DNA of 39,934 nt from an uncultured Aquificales bacterium (GTDB taxonomy: Bacteria > Thermosulfidibacterota > Thermosulfidibacteria > Thermosulfidibacterales > Thermosulfidibacteraceae), in contig CAYVOC010000013.1 of the NCBI GenBank assembly GCA_964453345.1, forward strand, positions 1 through 39,934, in the 5' to 3' direction. This document shows positions 27,573-38,055 of the stretch, one piece after another. Position 1 is the first letter of the stretch. The number at the start of each line of letters is the position of its first letter. The position numbers and the translations under genes are program-made. The notes under the pieces were generated by a model. That model was not told the origin of the DNA. It did no database searches and worked only from the letters and a program-made list of their open reading frames with translations.

Positions 27573-27969
27573 TTCCTTCCCTCTCAAGGTAGGATTTCAG
27601 GATCAAGGCAGCGGCAAGGGCATCCACCTTCTTCTTTCTCTTCTTCCACGAAAGCCCCGCCGATCTCATCACCTCCTCGGCCTCAAAGGAGGTGAGCCTC
27701 TCGTCAAAGAAGACCACTTCAACCCCGATGGATCTTAGGGATTCCCCAAAGGCCCTTGCCCTTCTGGCCATCTCACCCTCTGTCCCGTCCATGTTCAGAG
27801 GAAGCCCCACCACTATACGCTCCACCTTCCTCTCCTCAACGAGACGGGAGATCTCCTCCAAGGCCCGGGATCTGGGAACAACCTTGAGGGGCTGGCTTAT
27901 GAGGCCCAAGGGATCACTTAAGGCGAGGCCGACCCTCTTCTCCCCGTAATCTACCGCAAGGACCCTCAT
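27556..27969 (-). CDS. ruvX: Holliday junction resolvase-like / pre-16S rRNA nuclease RuvX (YqgF)
   Basis: [42 protein letters not shown]. Confidence 0.95.
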   Translation of the reverse strand: MRVLAVDYGEKRVGLALSDPLGLISQPLKVVPRSRALEEISRLVEERKVERIVVGLPLNMDGTEGEMARRARAFGESLRSIGVEVVFFDERLTSFEAEEVMRSAGLSWKKRKKKVDALAAALILKSYLEREGNASGG

Positions 27970-27982
27970 GGAAGATGGAACA

Positions 27983-28001
27983 GGGGACCCACCGGGCCCC
28001 C
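27983..28001 (-). promoter_or_regulatory. stem-loop downstream of UGA; candidate bacterial SECIS element
   Basis: GGGGGCCC-GGU-GGGUCCCC, loop begins 21 nt after the UGA of the FmdB-family gene, no downstream U-tract. Confidence 0.55.
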
Positions 28002-28014
28002 AAAACTATATGGC

Positions 28015-28203
28015 TCATCCAAAGGAGGTGCACCCAGAGCCAGAAGACGCTGAAGAACCTACACTTCCAAAGGGGGAAAAGACCCTCTTAACATCCTGGC
28101 TGCCGCAGTGAGGGCACTTAACCTCCTGTTTGTCCTCAAGATTCAGAACAAGCTGGGAGAACCTTTTACCACAGGACTTGCACACAAACTCATAAATGGG
28201 CAT
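28015..28203 (-). CDS. FmdB-family zinc-ribbon protein (CxxC_CxxC_SSSS); may extend to 28006 via Sec readthrough
   Basis: [12 protein letters not shown]...CPHCGS..V.RVFS, Ser/Gly-rich tail with Cys; SD GGAGGTG. Confidence 0.9.
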   Translation of the reverse strand: MPIYEFVCKSCGKRFSQLVLNLEDKQEVKCPHCGSQDVKRVFSPFGSVGSSASSGSGCTSFG

Positions 28204-28222
28204 ACCGGCATCACCTCCAAAG

Positions 28223-28546
28223 CTAACCGATATGCCTGTCTATTATAGCCTTTATGGTGTCCTTGGGCTGAACGCCCACCATCTGCTCAACCACCTTGCC
28301 GTCCTTGAAAAGCAGCAAGGTGGGTATAGCCCTTATGCCATACCTTATGGCAAGCTGAGAACACTCATCAACGTTGACCTTCCCAACCTTCAGCTTGCCC
28401 TCATACTCCTCGGCTATGGCATCAATGACAGGCGCTATCATCCTGCAGGGAGCGCACCAGGTAGCCCAGAAATCCACCAGCACAGGTATATCTGACTGGA
28501 GCACTTCCTTGTCGAAGTTCTCTTCCGTAAAGGTAAGAGTTGCCAT
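28223..28546 (-). CDS. trxA: thioredoxin
   Basis: [39 protein letters not shown]. Confidence 0.96.
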   Translation of the reverse strand: MATLTFTEENFDKEVLQSDIPVLVDFWATWCAPCRMIAPVIDAIAEEYEGKLKVGKVNVDECSQLAIRYGIRAIPTLLLFKDGKVVEQMVGVQPKDTIKAIIDRHIG

Positions 28547-28583
28547 CTTCGCAACCTCCCAAGATTGCTTACAGTCAAAAATA

Positions 28584-28659
28584 TGGTGCCGGGGCCCAGA
28601 ATCGAACTGGGGACACGTGGATTTTCAGTCCACTGCTCTACCAACTGAGCTACCCCGGC
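28584..28659 (-). tRNA. tRNA-Phe (GAA), CCA encoded
   Basis: GCCGGGGTAGCTCAGTTGGTAGAGCAGTGGACTGAAAATCCACGTGTCCCCAGTTCGATTCTGGGCCCCGGCACCA; 76 nt, full cloverleaf, anticodon GAA. Confidence 0.98.
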
Positions 28660-28679
28660 ACCAGTTGGCTGCAAGGGTT

Positions 28680-28708
28680 TCTTTATTACCATAATGTGAT
28701 GCTGTCAA
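28680..28708 (-). promoter_or_regulatory. possible sigma-70 promoter for tRNA-Phe-trxA unit
   Basis: Perfect TTGACA (28708-28703) overlapping the csrA stop codon; -10 region AT-rich but imperfect (TAAAGA at 17-nt spacing). Confidence 0.45.
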
Positions 28709-28941
28709 GTCCCGGATACAGGTTTTATCAGATCCTCAAGTTTATCCAGATCCACCTTAGGAGAAACAGCCGCCTCATTCTCCCTCTTTATGGCCTCGTA
28801 AACCTCCTTGCGGAACACGGGAAGCTCTCTGGGCGCCTTTATGCCCAGTTTAACGCTTTTGCCGCTTATGCCCAAAACCTTTATCTCTATGTTGTCCCCT
28901 ATGATGATGCTCTCTTCAACCTTTCTGGTTAGAACCAGCAT
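28705..28941 (-). CDS. csrA: carbon storage regulator CsrA (FliW-responsive type)
   Basis: [23 protein letters not shown]...VKLGIKAP...R44...N55 and C-terminal extension. Confidence 0.97.
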   Translation of the reverse strand: MLVLTRKVEESIIIGDNIEIKVLGISGKSVKLGIKAPRELPVFRKEVYEAIKRENEAAVSPKVDLDKLEDLIKPVSGT

Positions 28942-29365
28942 CTCTTCTCACTATCCTGTATTTTATGGGATAACTGTCGTCGGGTATCACCACCTGCTTG
29001 GCAAGCCTCTTCTTTCTGTTTATCACGATGGGGCCCCTGAGGTTCGCCGTCATCTCCTCCGGATTATCAGGTATCACCACTATCACATAAACTTCCGCAT
29101 CCTCAGGGCTCTCTATCTGAAGCTTTTTGACATCCTCCTCCTCTATGGGCACCACATAGTCCGGCTTTATCAGCTTGGGATTTATCACCACAAAGGCAAG
29201 TTCCCCGTTATCCACCGACTGTAGCCACTTGAAGGGACTGCCCTCCCTGTGGTTGATAAGCACATACCTTTTGGCGTAAGGGAAGCCGAGTATCGGATCC
29301 ACCATGGTTATTATCTGGTCCTCGGAAACCTCAATCTCTCCAAATCTGGTTGTCTTTACCAGCAT
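28916..29365 (-). CDS. fliW: flagellar assembly factor FliW
   Basis: [38 protein letters not shown]. Confidence 0.96.
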   Translation of the reverse strand: MLVKTTRFGEIEVSEDQIITMVDPILGFPYAKRYVLINHREGSPFKWLQSVDNGELAFVVINPKLIKPDYVVPIEEEDVKKLQIESPEDAEVYVIVVIPDNPEEMTANLRGPIVINRKKRLAKQVVIPDDSYPIKYRIVRRDAGSNQKG

Positions 29366-29370
29366 CCTTC

Positions 29371-32300
29371 CTACCTCAGAAAGTCCAGAAGTGTTGGTGT
29401 GAACAGCCTGACAGAAGCCATAAGGGCGGATCTCAGCGCCATCTGCGCCTTCTGAAGCTCCATTGTGGCCTCCGCAAGATCCGCATCCTCAAGAGGAGCC
29501 TTGGCCTCAACCGTCTTCTGCTTGTATATCTGGTAGCGGTTCCTTGCCATCTTCACCGCCTCCATTCTCGCTCCCACCTCGGTCCTTCTGCGAAGCACCT
29601 GCTGATAGGCCTCGTCCAGCTCACCCACATTCTCGGTTATACCAGCTCCCACCTTAACTTGAAAGCTGTCGCCCGATTTTATCTGGCCCGAGCTGAAGGT
29701 GAGATAGACACCATCCCTCACGTAATACTGCCTGTAGGGGTCCTTGACCACGAGCTGCTTCACCAACCTTCCCTTAGAATCGGTGATGCTCACAAGAAGA
29801 TTGCTCTTTTTGTCCTCATCTATGGGCGCATAGCCGTTGGGGGTGGTTCTGACGGTAAGTTTTCCCTCAAAGCTCACATACTTTATGTTGCTGTAGCCGT
29901 TCCAGCTTGCGGTGTTCTCGCCTTCAACGGCTATATCTATCTTGCCCTCAAGAACCAGCGTTCCGGAGGCGGTGTCGCTGCTGACAATACTTCCCCTTTC
30001 AAGATAGACCCTGTATTTGGAACCGGGGGGAGCGTTGAGGGTTATGGACGAGGTTGTGACCGTATCTGTTTCGCCGTTGTCAAGGGTTATGGTGAAGGGC
30101 ATAGCCGTTCCCGCATCTAAGGTCACGTTATTTGTGGTGACGAGGAACTCTTTTTCCGCAAAGAAGCTGGTGTAGCCGTTGCCTATAACCTTCACCCCGG
30201 AGCCCGTATCCCTTATCACATCCACCTTCACATTCCAGGTGGTGTTGTAGTTTCCTGCAAACTCACCGTCAAACATGGGCAGAAGGGTGGTCTTTATAAC
30301 CTCTCTTTCCTGAACGCTCTTCCAATCGCCGGGCATGCCTATGGATCTTCTCGGAATGTTTTCGGCGTTGGCATCCCTCAAGTTCTTCACGATCCTGAAA
30401 ATATCAACCCCCTCCCCCTCCTTCGCCACGTAAAAACTGCTGAATATGTTTCTGACGCCCGGATCGGCGGCGGATATGCTGAGTTCAAAGAGAGATTTCC
30501 CCCCCATAACATCCTTGAAATAGAGAATCCCGTCCTTCACGTATCCCTTGACATGGTATCTGAAAAGCTCCTCCACCCTGTTTATCACATCCTTCAGCTT
30601 GTCAACCTCGGACTCCGCCACGGCCTTCCCGCCATCAATCCTCACATTGGGGAAGAAGTTCACAAGAAAGCCGGAAGGATCAAGCTCCAGCCTGAATCTG
30701 TCACTGGTGCTCACAAGCTGAATGCCGCCCTTTCCATCGGTCCTTGCAGACACACCTATAGAGGAGGCGGCCTTATTTATGCTGTATGCCAGCCTCAGGG
30801 CGGTATACTCGCCGGGCTTCATGTAGCCTTCGTGCTGCATAACATACACGTTGCTTTCCGCATCCGGGGAGAGTCCCATGAGATACAGAGCCGGATGGTC
30901 TGAGGTGGAGGTTTCGGCAAAGGTTATTCTGCCTGTGTCATACAGAGAGACCATCCTGTAGTCCGTATCCCCCTCCTTCACCATGGCAACGGGGGGCAGA
31001 TCCGCTCCCGCAGGGCCGCTCCAGTTGCCGGGATCGTTCCACGACTCCACAAGATCATCGATGGTCACTATATCGCTGGGTGCCTGCCACACAAAGGTCC
31101 CCACGCCGCTGACGGAGACGGACACGGTGGTCCCCGCCGATATCTCGTCGAACAGCCTGGGCGCTATCCTCTCATAGGTGTATAAAGGATGCGAAACCTG
31201 GGTTGCGGATGCGGTCACCTCAACCGAATTTGTCCCGGCGGTTATCTTAAACACTTCATCGGAGGGTGTATAGGTGTAAACGTTTCCCCAGACCCTCTGG
31301 GAAACCGTGTAGTGCGGATCCATGCCCCAGCTGCCAAGCCCGGAACCGAAGCCGAGATAATCAGAACCCTCCTCTTTAACGAACAGGTAATTATCTCCCG
31401 GATTTATAAGGTAAAAGACTAAATGGTCCCCCTCCGCCTCCACCTCCACCCTGTCCCTGAGCTTATCGTTGGCGTCAAGCTGCGCCTTAAGGACATCCAC
31501 CAGCTTGTCCATGCTCTCGTAGCTTGCCGGAAGGGAGATGGTCACGGATGCACTCACAAGGGATCCGCCCTCATTGACAAAGAAGTCGAGCCTCAAGGAT
31601 CCGCTTGAGGAACCAAGCCCCTCAAAGTCCACCGCCCTTGGCGCCACAACCCTTGCAGCGCCCGCAACCTCACCACTGTGCCCCACTCCCTCTATCCTGA
31701 ACCTTGCCCCTGTAAACTGGTTCAACCTGTCCATGGGCATGGACTCGTAGAAGGGAAGATCGCCGTAGGACTGGGAAGCGAGAACCCTGTGGGAGGGCTT
31801 GAACAACCCCTCCCCGGGAACATTGACCGTCACCCTGTTGTCGTATCCTATCTGGACCTGCTGCTCACCGTCGTTGCCGTAGTAGGCTATATCACCGCCC
31901 CTCACATACCCCAGATTTATAACCTGAAGCCTGTCCAGCTTTGAAATATCGAGGCCGTTGAAGTTTATCACGATACCCCTTCCGGTATCGTAGGTTCCGT
32001 AAATCTTCCCATTCACAACCGAGGGCTTGATCACCGCCCTGTCCGCAAAGACGTTGTGGTTTCTACCGCTGTCGTCCGAGCCGTTGGAGTCTATCTGAAC
32101 GATCCTCCCCTCCTCGTTCTCAACCCAGACGGCAACCCCGTCGGTCCCCTCGCGCTTCAGAAAGATCCTGTAATTGCCCGTTTCGAACTGGTATAGGTCA
32201 GAGAAGCTGTCCCCAACCTCGATCTTTATATCGGGAGCTATCTCCTGGGGAATGTATCCGAGCTTTATCCTGTTCTTCTTTGCAACCTCAAAGGGAGGAT

Positions 32301-32724
32301 CCGTGGTCTTCGTTCCCGCGAATATATACTTATCCATAACCTTCGTATTTCCTATATCCACAAGCTCCTCAAAGATCTGATCCAGCTCATGGGCTATGGC
32401 GTCCCTGGAATCGGCATTCTGTGAGTCGTTGGCACCCGTCAGGGCAAGCTCCCTCACCCTCTCAAGGTATCTGTCCATCTTGTCAAAGGCGGAATCGGCT
32501 GCACCAAGCCACGCATCGGCGCTGTCCATGTTCTTCAAGAATCTCTCCATCTCCTCTATGCTGCGCCTAAGATTGATGATCTGGGAGGTATCGGAGGGTG
32601 CATCGCTGGGATACTCAAGCCTCTTGCCGGAAGAGAGCTTGTAGGAAGCCTTCTCCAAGGATTCCATTATCTCCTGATGCATCCTCAAAAAGCGCTCAAC
32701 CAGAAGATTGTTGGTTATCCTCAT
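29371..32724 (-). CDS. flgL: flagellar hook-associated protein 3 FlgL, unusually large (1117 aa)
   Basis: Flagellin-N-like start MRIT...LSSGKR...[15 protein letters not shown], internal YYGNDG...VNVPGEGLF, flagellin-C-like end (EVGARME...LEDADLAEA...TLLDFLR); directly after flgK. Confidence 0.93.
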   Translation of the reverse strand: MRITNNLLVERFLRMHQEIMESLEKASYKLSSGKRLEYPSDAPSDTSQIINLRRSIEEMERFLKNMDSADAWLGAADSAFDKMDRYLERVRELALTGANDSQNADSRDAIAHELDQIFEELVDIGNTKVMDKYIFAGTKTTDPPFEVAKKNRIKLGYIPQEIAPDIKIEVGDSFSDLYQFETGNYRIFLKREGTDGVAVWVENEEGRIVQIDSNGSDDSGRNHNVFADRAVIKPSVVNGKIYGTYDTGRGIVINFNGLDISKLDRLQVINLGYVRGGDIAYYGNDGEQQVQIGYDNRVTVNVPGEGLFKPSHRVLASQSYGDLPFYESMPMDRLNQFTGARFRIEGVGHSGEVAGAARVVAPRAVDFEGLGSSSGSLRLDFFVNEGGSLVSASVTISLPASYESMDKLVDVLKAQLDANDKLRDRVEVEAEGDHLVFYLINPGDNYLFVKEEGSDYLGFGSGLGSWGMDPHYTVSQRVWGNVYTYTPSDEVFKITAGTNSVEVTASATQVSHPLYTYERIAPRLFDEISAGTTVSVSVSGVGTFVWQAPSDIVTIDDLVESWNDPGNWSGPAGADLPPVAMVKEGDTDYRMVSLYDTGRITFAETSTSDHPALYLMGLSPDAESNVYVMQHEGYMKPGEYTALRLAYSINKAASSIGVSARTDGKGGIQLVSTSDRFRLELDPSGFLVNFFPNVRIDGGKAVAESEVDKLKDVINRVEELFRYHVKGYVKDGILYFKDVMGGKSLFELSISAADPGVRNIFSSFYVAKEGEGVDIFRIVKNLRDANAENIPRRSIGMPGDWKSVQEREVIKTTLLPMFDGEFAGNYNTTWNVKVDVIRDTGSGVKVIGNGYTSFFAEKEFLVTTNNVTLDAGTAMPFTITLDNGETDTVTTSSITLNAPPGSKYRVYLERGSIVSSDTASGTLVLEGKIDIAVEGENTASWNGYSNIKYVSFEGKLTVRTTPNGYAPIDEDKKSNLLVSITDSKGRLVKQLVVKDPYRQYYVRDGVYLTFSSGQIKSGDSFQVKVGAGITENVGELDEAYQQVLRRRTEVGARMEAVKMARNRYQIYKQKTVEAKAPLEDADLAEATMELQKAQMALRSALMASVRLFTPTLLDFLR

Positions 32725-34469
32725 CTACCCACCACTCCCATACCGTTGATGACCCTGTTCATCATCTCATCAACGGTGGTTATGTAGCGGGCCGCCGCCT
32801 CATAGGCCCTCTGAAACTTGAGAAGGTGAGTGAACTCCTCATCAAGATTCACACCGGAGACCGACTCCCAGCGGTCCTCCAGAAAGTTCATGTATCTTTC
32901 GGTGTCGTCCTTCACATCCTTTATCCTCGCAACCTTAGCCCCTATTTCGCCCACGGTGGCGCTGTAATACTCGCCGAAGGTCCTGTCGCCCTCCATGAAC
33001 TTGCCGGACGCCAAGGAGGCTATCTCCAAGGCTATGGAGTTGTCCCCGGAATTGGGGGTGGAACCTGCAGCCACCAGCATGTGGTTGGTGTCTATCAGGG
33101 TGTTGATCCTTAAACTATCGATGCTGTCCCCCACAAAGAAGCTGTTTATCCCCATGGAGACGAGAAAACCGGAGGTATCCTCGCCAAAGGACAGGGTGTA
33201 TCCCGGAGAAGCCTTCACCACGAGTCTGCCGTCGTCGGTTATGTAGGCATCAACATTGCCCATCTTGTCTATCTTATCGGCGATAAGCCTCAGAGGATCA
33301 TCGGGAGAGACCTCTATCATTCTGGACTCAACAAGATTGCCAGCCTCATCCCAGACCCTCACCTCAAAGGCGCCGTAGGTGAGCCTATCTGCAAAAAACA
33401 GCCCCTCGGCACTCCTCAAAGGGGCATCGGGATCGTCAACGGCAGCCGCACTGGTGACAGATCCAAGGTGCACCAGCCCGATACCCGAAACATGCTTGTA
33501 ATTCACCCTGTAGGCGATCTCAGAAATCAGCCTGTCGAGCTTGGATATATACTGGGCGGATATGTTGACGATTCCGTTTATGGTTCCCCCGATCTTACCC
33601 TTGATAACCGTCGTGATATCCTCGCCCGAAACCGTAAGCTTGAGGTAGTCCCTTTCGTAAAGATTTCGCCTATAATAGGGAACGTTGTTGAGAAAGCCCA
33701 CCTCCTTCCTCTCCAGGTCCCCCGGCTCAAACTCTATGGTTCTGTAGTTCGCCCCGTCAACAAGGGAGATGCCATTGGCAAGAAAGACCTCAACCCCCTG
33801 CCCGTTCTCGTAATAGTAGGCTCCGGTAAGCTCGGTGAGCTTCTTCAGCTTGTGGTAAAGCTTGTCCCTGAGATCGTTGGCCTCCTGAGAGCCTACCTCC
33901 GCCTCCTTTATCCTGCGATTGAGACCGGCTATCTCCTTCACAAGGGTATTGACCTGATTTACCCACTCTTTGACCCTCTCAACCCCATCGTTTATGGTGT
34001 TCTCAAGGGCGGTTTTGGCCTCCCTGAAGGCACCCACGAGCTGCTGTCCCCTCTCAACCACCTCATCCCTTGCGGTTGTGCTTTCGGGCTGGGTGGAGAG
34101 GATCTGCCAGGCGTTCCAGAATTTATCCATAACCTCCTCAAGGCCCATGTTCTGATGCTCGTTGAAGGTGGCCTCAACGGAGGTTGCAACCTTCTCCAGG
34201 GCATCCCAGAAACCGTATTCACCCTTCTCAAGGGAGAGGCGCCTATCAAGCACCCTGTCTATGACCCTTTCAACCCTGGCCACATCGACGCCGGATCCGA
34301 ACCTGAGGCTACCCTCCCTGTAGGTGGGGGCCTCCTCAAAAACAGCCCTCCTGCGGACATACCCCGGCGTGTTTATGTTGGCCAGGTTCTCACCGGCAAC
34401 GCTCATTGCCCTCTGATGGGAGAGCAACGAGGATTTGCCCACATTCAAAAGCCCGAACAGCGTAGGCAT
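32721..34469 (-). CDS. flgK: flagellar hook-associated protein 1 FlgK
   Basis: [44 protein letters not shown]...[10 protein letters not shown]. Confidence 0.96.
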   Translation of the reverse strand: MPTLFGLLNVGKSSLLSHQRAMSVAGENLANINTPGYVRRRAVFEEAPTYREGSLRFGSGVDVARVERVIDRVLDRRLSLEKGEYGFWDALEKVATSVEATFNEHQNMGLEEVMDKFWNAWQILSTQPESTTARDEVVERGQQLVGAFREAKTALENTINDGVERVKEWVNQVNTLVKEIAGLNRRIKEAEVGSQEANDLRDKLYHKLKKLTELTGAYYYENGQGVEVFLANGISLVDGANYRTIEFEPGDLERKEVGFLNNVPYYRRNLYERDYLKLTVSGEDITTVIKGKIGGTINGIVNISAQYISKLDRLISEIAYRVNYKHVSGIGLVHLGSVTSAAAVDDPDAPLRSAEGLFFADRLTYGAFEVRVWDEAGNLVESRMIEVSPDDPLRLIADKIDKMGNVDAYITDDGRLVVKASPGYTLSFGEDTSGFLVSMGINSFFVGDSIDSLRINTLIDTNHMLVAAGSTPNSGDNSIALEIASLASGKFMEGDRTFGEYYSATVGEIGAKVARIKDVKDDTERYMNFLEDRWESVSGVNLDEEFTHLLKFQRAYEAAARYITTVDEMMNRVINGMGVVGR

Positions 34470-34471
34470 CC

Positions 34472-34942
34472 CTATCCCCTTAAGCGCAGTTTTCCGCCCG
34501 AGTAATCGGAACAGAGGTTCCCATTGGGGCCATAAGATAGGCTGTAGCAGGAAGAGAAAATTCTCATCAGATCCCTGTTCAGCTCTATGGCCTTGTTCAG
34601 CAAGAGGGCGTTCCTCTTATTCTCCCAGATAAGATTCTCAGCCGCCTCCTTCAATCTCTCCGACAGCTTTTCAAGCCTTGCCCTGTCGGAAGGGGCCAGC
34701 TCCTCCATGAGCTGGCTTACCGTGTATCCCTCCTTGCCAGCTTTCTTCAGACAGCTCAGCCTCGCCTCCTCAACCAGCTTGTGCCTGACCCCTAAGGTCT
34801 CCTTCCTTTTGGCTATGCTGAGCAGCCTGCTGTAATCCGAGGAGACAATGGCGTCCCTCTCCTCCGCGAGAAGCCCCCTCATCTCCTCAAGAAGGGCCAG
34901 CTCCTCCTCAAGCAACCCTATGAGCCTGTCAAGCCACCTCAT
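34472..34942 (-). CDS. flgN: flagellar export chaperone FlgN
   Basis: Helical protein with E...I....L...K pattern, [10 protein letters not shown]-terminal Y...G; between flgM and flgK. Confidence 0.85.
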   Translation of the reverse strand: MRWLDRLIGLLEEELALLEEMRGLLAEERDAIVSSDYSRLLSIAKRKETLGVRHKLVEEARLSCLKKAGKEGYTVSQLMEELAPSDRARLEKLSERLKEAAENLIWENKRNALLLNKAIELNRDLMRIFSSCYSLSYGPNGNLCSDYSGGKLRLRG

Positions 34943-35271
34943 CTCACGATCTTGTCAATAATGTTCTCCCGCACCATCCCGTAGGCGGTCCTCTTCGCGT
35001 TGGCCTGATAGGTTCCCTGCTGGACCTGCTGCCTGATCTGCTCAACCATCTGGGCGCGGGCCTGCTCCTGCTGCCTCAGCTGCATCCTCATCCTCTCGGC
35101 GTTTCTGGCCTGCTGGGAGATCTCAACCCTGTCCGCCCTTGCAGGAGTCCGCCTGTTCTCGGCCCTGTCAGCTCCCTGCTGATCCCCAGCCTGACGGGCC
35201 CTGTTGGTGTTTCTGACTGCATCCTGCTGCACATACTGGTAAAGCTGCTGCACCCTGTTATTAACCTTCAT
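34939..35271 (-). CDS. flgM: anti-sigma-28 factor FlgM
   Basis: DRVEISQQA and [19 protein letters not shown] (sigma-28-binding motif); ATG at 35271 with SD GGGGAGGTG; between flgJ and flgN. Confidence 0.88.
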   Translation of the reverse strand: MKVNNRVQQLYQYVQQDAVRNTNRARQAGDQQGADRAENRRTPARADRVEISQQARNAERMRMQLRQQEQARAQMVEQIRQQVQQGTYQANAKRTAYGMVRENIIDKIVR

Positions 35272-35611
35272 GACGCACCTCCCCCTTGAGTTTGGTTCCA
35301 TCGTTATATATCGGCAGAGGTGCGTCCTTTCTGTAGCCCTGGGAAAACTTTTCGTAGATCCTTCTGCCGATGTAGGTGTCAGAACTCTTAGACAGAAAGT
35401 CCGAAAGCCTCCATATGACCAGCTGGGCGTATATGCTCTTCTCTCCCCTGCTGTTGAAGAAGGATCCCTTGGGCAAACTCTTGAAAGACTCCTTCAGAAC
35501 CTGCTGCCACAGCATACTCTCAAAGGCATCCGCCGCATCCCTGACGCTTCTTATATCCGGCGCCACCCTCTCCCAGTAGCCTCCCTGAACCACAGCCTCC
35601 GCCCTCATCAC
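35261..35611 (-). CDS. flgJ: short FlgJ (rod-binding domain only, no muramidase)
   Basis: [24 protein letters not shown]...F, directly after flgI. Confidence 0.8.
   Translation of the reverse strand: MMRAEAVVQGGYWERVAPDIRSVRDAADAFESMLWQQVLKESFKSLPKGSFFNSRGEKSIYAQLVIWRLSDFLSKSSDTYIGRRIYEKFSQGYRKDAPLPIYNDGTKLKGEVRHEG
35308..35335 (-). promoter_or_regulatory. sigma-28 (FliA) promoter for flgM, embedded in flgJ
   Basis: TACA-N16-GCCGATAT, 36 nt upstream of the flgM ATG. Confidence 0.75.
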
Positions 35612-36696
35612 ATCACCTCCAGATCACCCTCAAGGGCACCGGCCGCCTTAATGGCTCTCAAGATGGCTATGATGTCCCTGGGGGAAGCCCCCACCCTGTT
35701 GAGGGCATTGATCAGATCGCTGACCTTCACCTCCCTCTTGCCCATACCTATGGCGAACACGGGCCCCTTCTTCTCCTCAACGGAGAGCTTAGTCTGCTGA
35801 GTCACAACGGTGGATCCGCCGCTCAGCGGAGGAGGCTGGGAGACCACAGGGGCGCTTTCAACCTTAACGGTAAGGCTGCCATGGGAAACGGCAACCGGCA
35901 GTATCCTCACATCGGCTCCCATGACAATGGTCCCGGTTCTTTCGGATATAACAATCTTCGCATTAGCATCCTGGGTGGCCTCAAGCTCCTGAACCTGGGC
36001 GACAAAGTCCACGATCCTTCCCCTGTAGTCGGGGGGAACAACCACCCTCACCGTGGCGGGATCCACAGCCCTCGCAACACCCGGCCACACCCTGTTTATG
36101 GCCTTGGCTATCCTGGATGCGGTCACAAAATCGGGAACGTTCAGGTTGAAGTTTATAACCCCTGTATCGGTGAAGCTTGCAGGAAGAGGTCTTTCAACAA
36201 TCGCCCCGTTGGGGATGCGCCCTGCAGTCGGATGGTTCTTCTGAACCTTCTGGCCGCCGCCCCTTGCGTTGAACCCGCCTATGGAGACAGGGCCCTGGGC
36301 AACGGCGTATATCTTGCCGTCGGGACCGAAAAGCGGGGTCATGATCAGGGTTCCTCCCTGAAGAGAGTCCGCATCCCCTATGGAAGCAACATCAACATCT
36401 ATCTTCATGCCCGGCTTGGCGAAGGGTGGAAGCTTGGCCGTGACGATAACCGCCGCAACATTGCCCACATCCACCTTGTCAGCAGGCACATGAATCCCCA
36501 GCCTCTCAAGCATGTTGGAGATGGTCTGGTAATACATCTTGGTGTCATCGCCCGTGTCGTCCAGCCCAACCACAAGGCCGTATCCAACAAGCAGGTTCTC
36601 CCTGACACCCTCTATGGTGGTCAAATCCTTTATCCTTGCGGCAAAGGAAGCCACCGCCGCCGAAAGAAAAAGCACCACAAGCAACACCCGCCTCAT
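35608..36696 (-). CDS. flgI: flagellar P-ring protein FlgI
   Basis: Signal peptide, RIKDL...[44 protein letters not shown]. Confidence 0.97.
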   Translation of the reverse strand: MRRVLLVVLFLSAAVASFAARIKDLTTIEGVRENLLVGYGLVVGLDDTGDDTKMYYQTISNMLERLGIHVPADKVDVGNVAAVIVTAKLPPFAKPGMKIDVDVASIGDADSLQGGTLIMTPLFGPDGKIYAVAQGPVSIGGFNARGGGQKVQKNHPTAGRIPNGAIVERPLPASFTDTGVINFNLNVPDFVTASRIAKAINRVWPGVARAVDPATVRVVVPPDYRGRIVDFVAQVQELEATQDANAKIVISERTGTIVMGADVRILPVAVSHGSLTVKVESAPVVSQPPPLSGGSTVVTQQTKLSVEEKKGPVFAIGMGKREVKVSDLINALNRVGASPRDIIAILRAIKAAGALEGDLEVM

Positions 36697-36706
36697 GCTC
36701 CACCTC

Positions 36707-37411
36707 CTACAACAGGGGCCACAGCCACATCAAAAGCTTGGTGAAGAGACCCGGCGCCTGGCTGCGGCTCACAACACCCGTTCCCTCGTATATGATCTCC
36801 GCATCGGCGAGGGCCTCAGAAGAAACGGTGTTGTCTGGACCTATATCCTGGGGCCTGACAACTCCCCTGACCCCGATCACCTTCCTCTCACCGTTCACAA
36901 CGATGGTTCTTTTGCCCTCGATCACCAGATTCCCGTTGGGAAGCACATCCACAACCACCGCAGAGATCTTGGTCTCCAGCATGCTGCTCTGCTCAACCTT
37001 GCCGCTTCCCTTAAACTTGCCGGAGGAGCTGAAGTCCATAAGATTGGTGGGGTCCTTCATGCCGGTGAGATCCGAAACATCGTCCTTAAGCCCGAACAGG
37101 CTCTTCAAAACGGTGCTCAGGGAGGTGCTCTTCTTGGATTCAGTGGCCCCGTAATCCTTGGACCTGGCGTATTCCCTGACAACTATAGTGACAATATCCC
37201 CGATTCTCCTGGCCCTTATATCGGAGTAGAAGTAGTTATCCACCCACAAAGAACCCTTAGAGGCGTATAGATTCTGTCTCTGCATGGCCTGTCTCACCTT
37301 CAACCTTCTGTAAACCCTCTCGGTCCTGCCAAAATCCCTCTTCGGCGATGTGGCGCACCCCACCAGAAGGGCCAAAAGGACCGCAACCTGAATAAATCCT
37401 CTGCCCCTCAT
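36707..37411 (-). CDS. flgH: flagellar L-ring lipoprotein FlgH
   Basis: Lipobox [50 protein letters not shown]. Confidence 0.96.
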   Translation of the reverse strand: MRGRGFIQVAVLLALLVGCATSPKRDFGRTERVYRRLKVRQAMQRQNLYASKGSLWVDNYFYSDIRARRIGDIVTIVVREYARSKDYGATESKKSTSLSTVLKSLFGLKDDVSDLTGMKDPTNLMDFSSSGKFKGSGKVEQSSMLETKISAVVVDVLPNGNLVIEGKRTIVVNGERKVIGVRGVVRPQDIGPDNTVSSEALADAEIIYEGTGVVSRSQAPGLFTKLLMWLWPLL

Positions 37412-38052
37412 CTTACCAACACCCTCCCCTCACCTATTACTTCACCACCAAAAACCCTGCCCGAAGCGAGGTTCCTGAGCTTCACCCAATCACCCGCGCA
37501 TCCGCTCTGCATGGCCTTGGCAACCCCCTCTATCCTCACACCACCTGCTATTAGCAAAAACTTTACCAACTGCCCCCTTCTCACCATGACAGGACGCTTC
37601 ACCATGGAGGAGGTGATAACCGTTCCGGGAGGGATGGGCCTTGTGGCAACCTTACCCAGAACATCCGAATAGGCCAGAATCCCCCTCACCCTTGAGGGCT
37701 TCATCCACAAATACTTAGGCTCCACATCGGAAGCGGAAATCTCCATCCCCCGCTCAATATCCCTCCTTGCGACAACCACGGGGACCTTAAACAGAAAGGA
37801 GGCCTGAACCCAGAAGGTCCTCAGTCCGTCCTTCAAAAGAAACCAGGCCCTTCCGGAACTTCTCTGAACCCTGAAAGAGACAAGCTCGTAATCTTTATTC
37901 TCATCAAAGCCCCTGTATGAGGACTGCATACCTGTTATCCTGACGGGATACTGGCAGTAATCGGAAATCTTCCTAAGCATAAGATCCCTGACAGAGGCCT
38001 GACACCAGGAAAAGACGAAAAGCAGAAGCAAAAGTGCCCCAAGCCTCCTCAC
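37408..38052 (-). CDS. flgA: flagellar P-ring formation chaperone FlgA
   Basis: Signal peptide, SAF domain [42 protein letters not shown] start. Confidence 0.92.
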   Translation of the reverse strand: MRRLGALLLLLFVFSWCQASVRDLMLRKISDYCQYPVRITGMQSSYRGFDENKDYELVSFRVQRSSGRAWFLLKDGLRTFWVQASFLFKVPVVVARRDIERGMEISASDVEPKYLWMKPSRVRGILAYSDVLGKVATRPIPPGTVITSSMVKRPVMVRRGQLVKFLLIAGGVRIEGVAKAMQSGCAGDWVKLRNLASGRVFGGEVIGEGRVLVR

Positions 38053-38055
38053 GGC

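Noticed and set aside
27983-28001. Hairpin as an intrinsic terminator
   Set aside because: Followed by UGUUCC rather than a U-tract on the coding strand, and co-directional ruvX starts 13 nt later; not excluded, but SECIS fits better.
28584-28659. tRNA-Phe as an integration site
   Set aside because: No duplicated tRNA 3' end or integrase seen in the window; flanking genes are housekeeping.
28438-28932. ORFs 28438-28692 (-) and 28540-28932 (+)
   Set aside because: They read through the tRNA-Phe gene (GVAQLVEQ / [18 protein letters not shown] are tRNA translation artefacts).
29371-32724. Intein or flagellin identity for the 1117-aa ORF
   Set aside because: No C/S...HN-C/S/T splice motifs or LAGLIDADG blocks noticed; termini (MRIT..., ...TLLDFLR) and position after flgK are FlgL-like, not flagellin-like.
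33273-33287. Perfect GCCGATAA boxes inside flgK (within palindrome CTTATCGGCGATAAG) and purA (21354-21361)
   Set aside because: No TAAA-like -35 at 15-16 nt and not near a gene start; they simply encode Ala-Asp-Lys.
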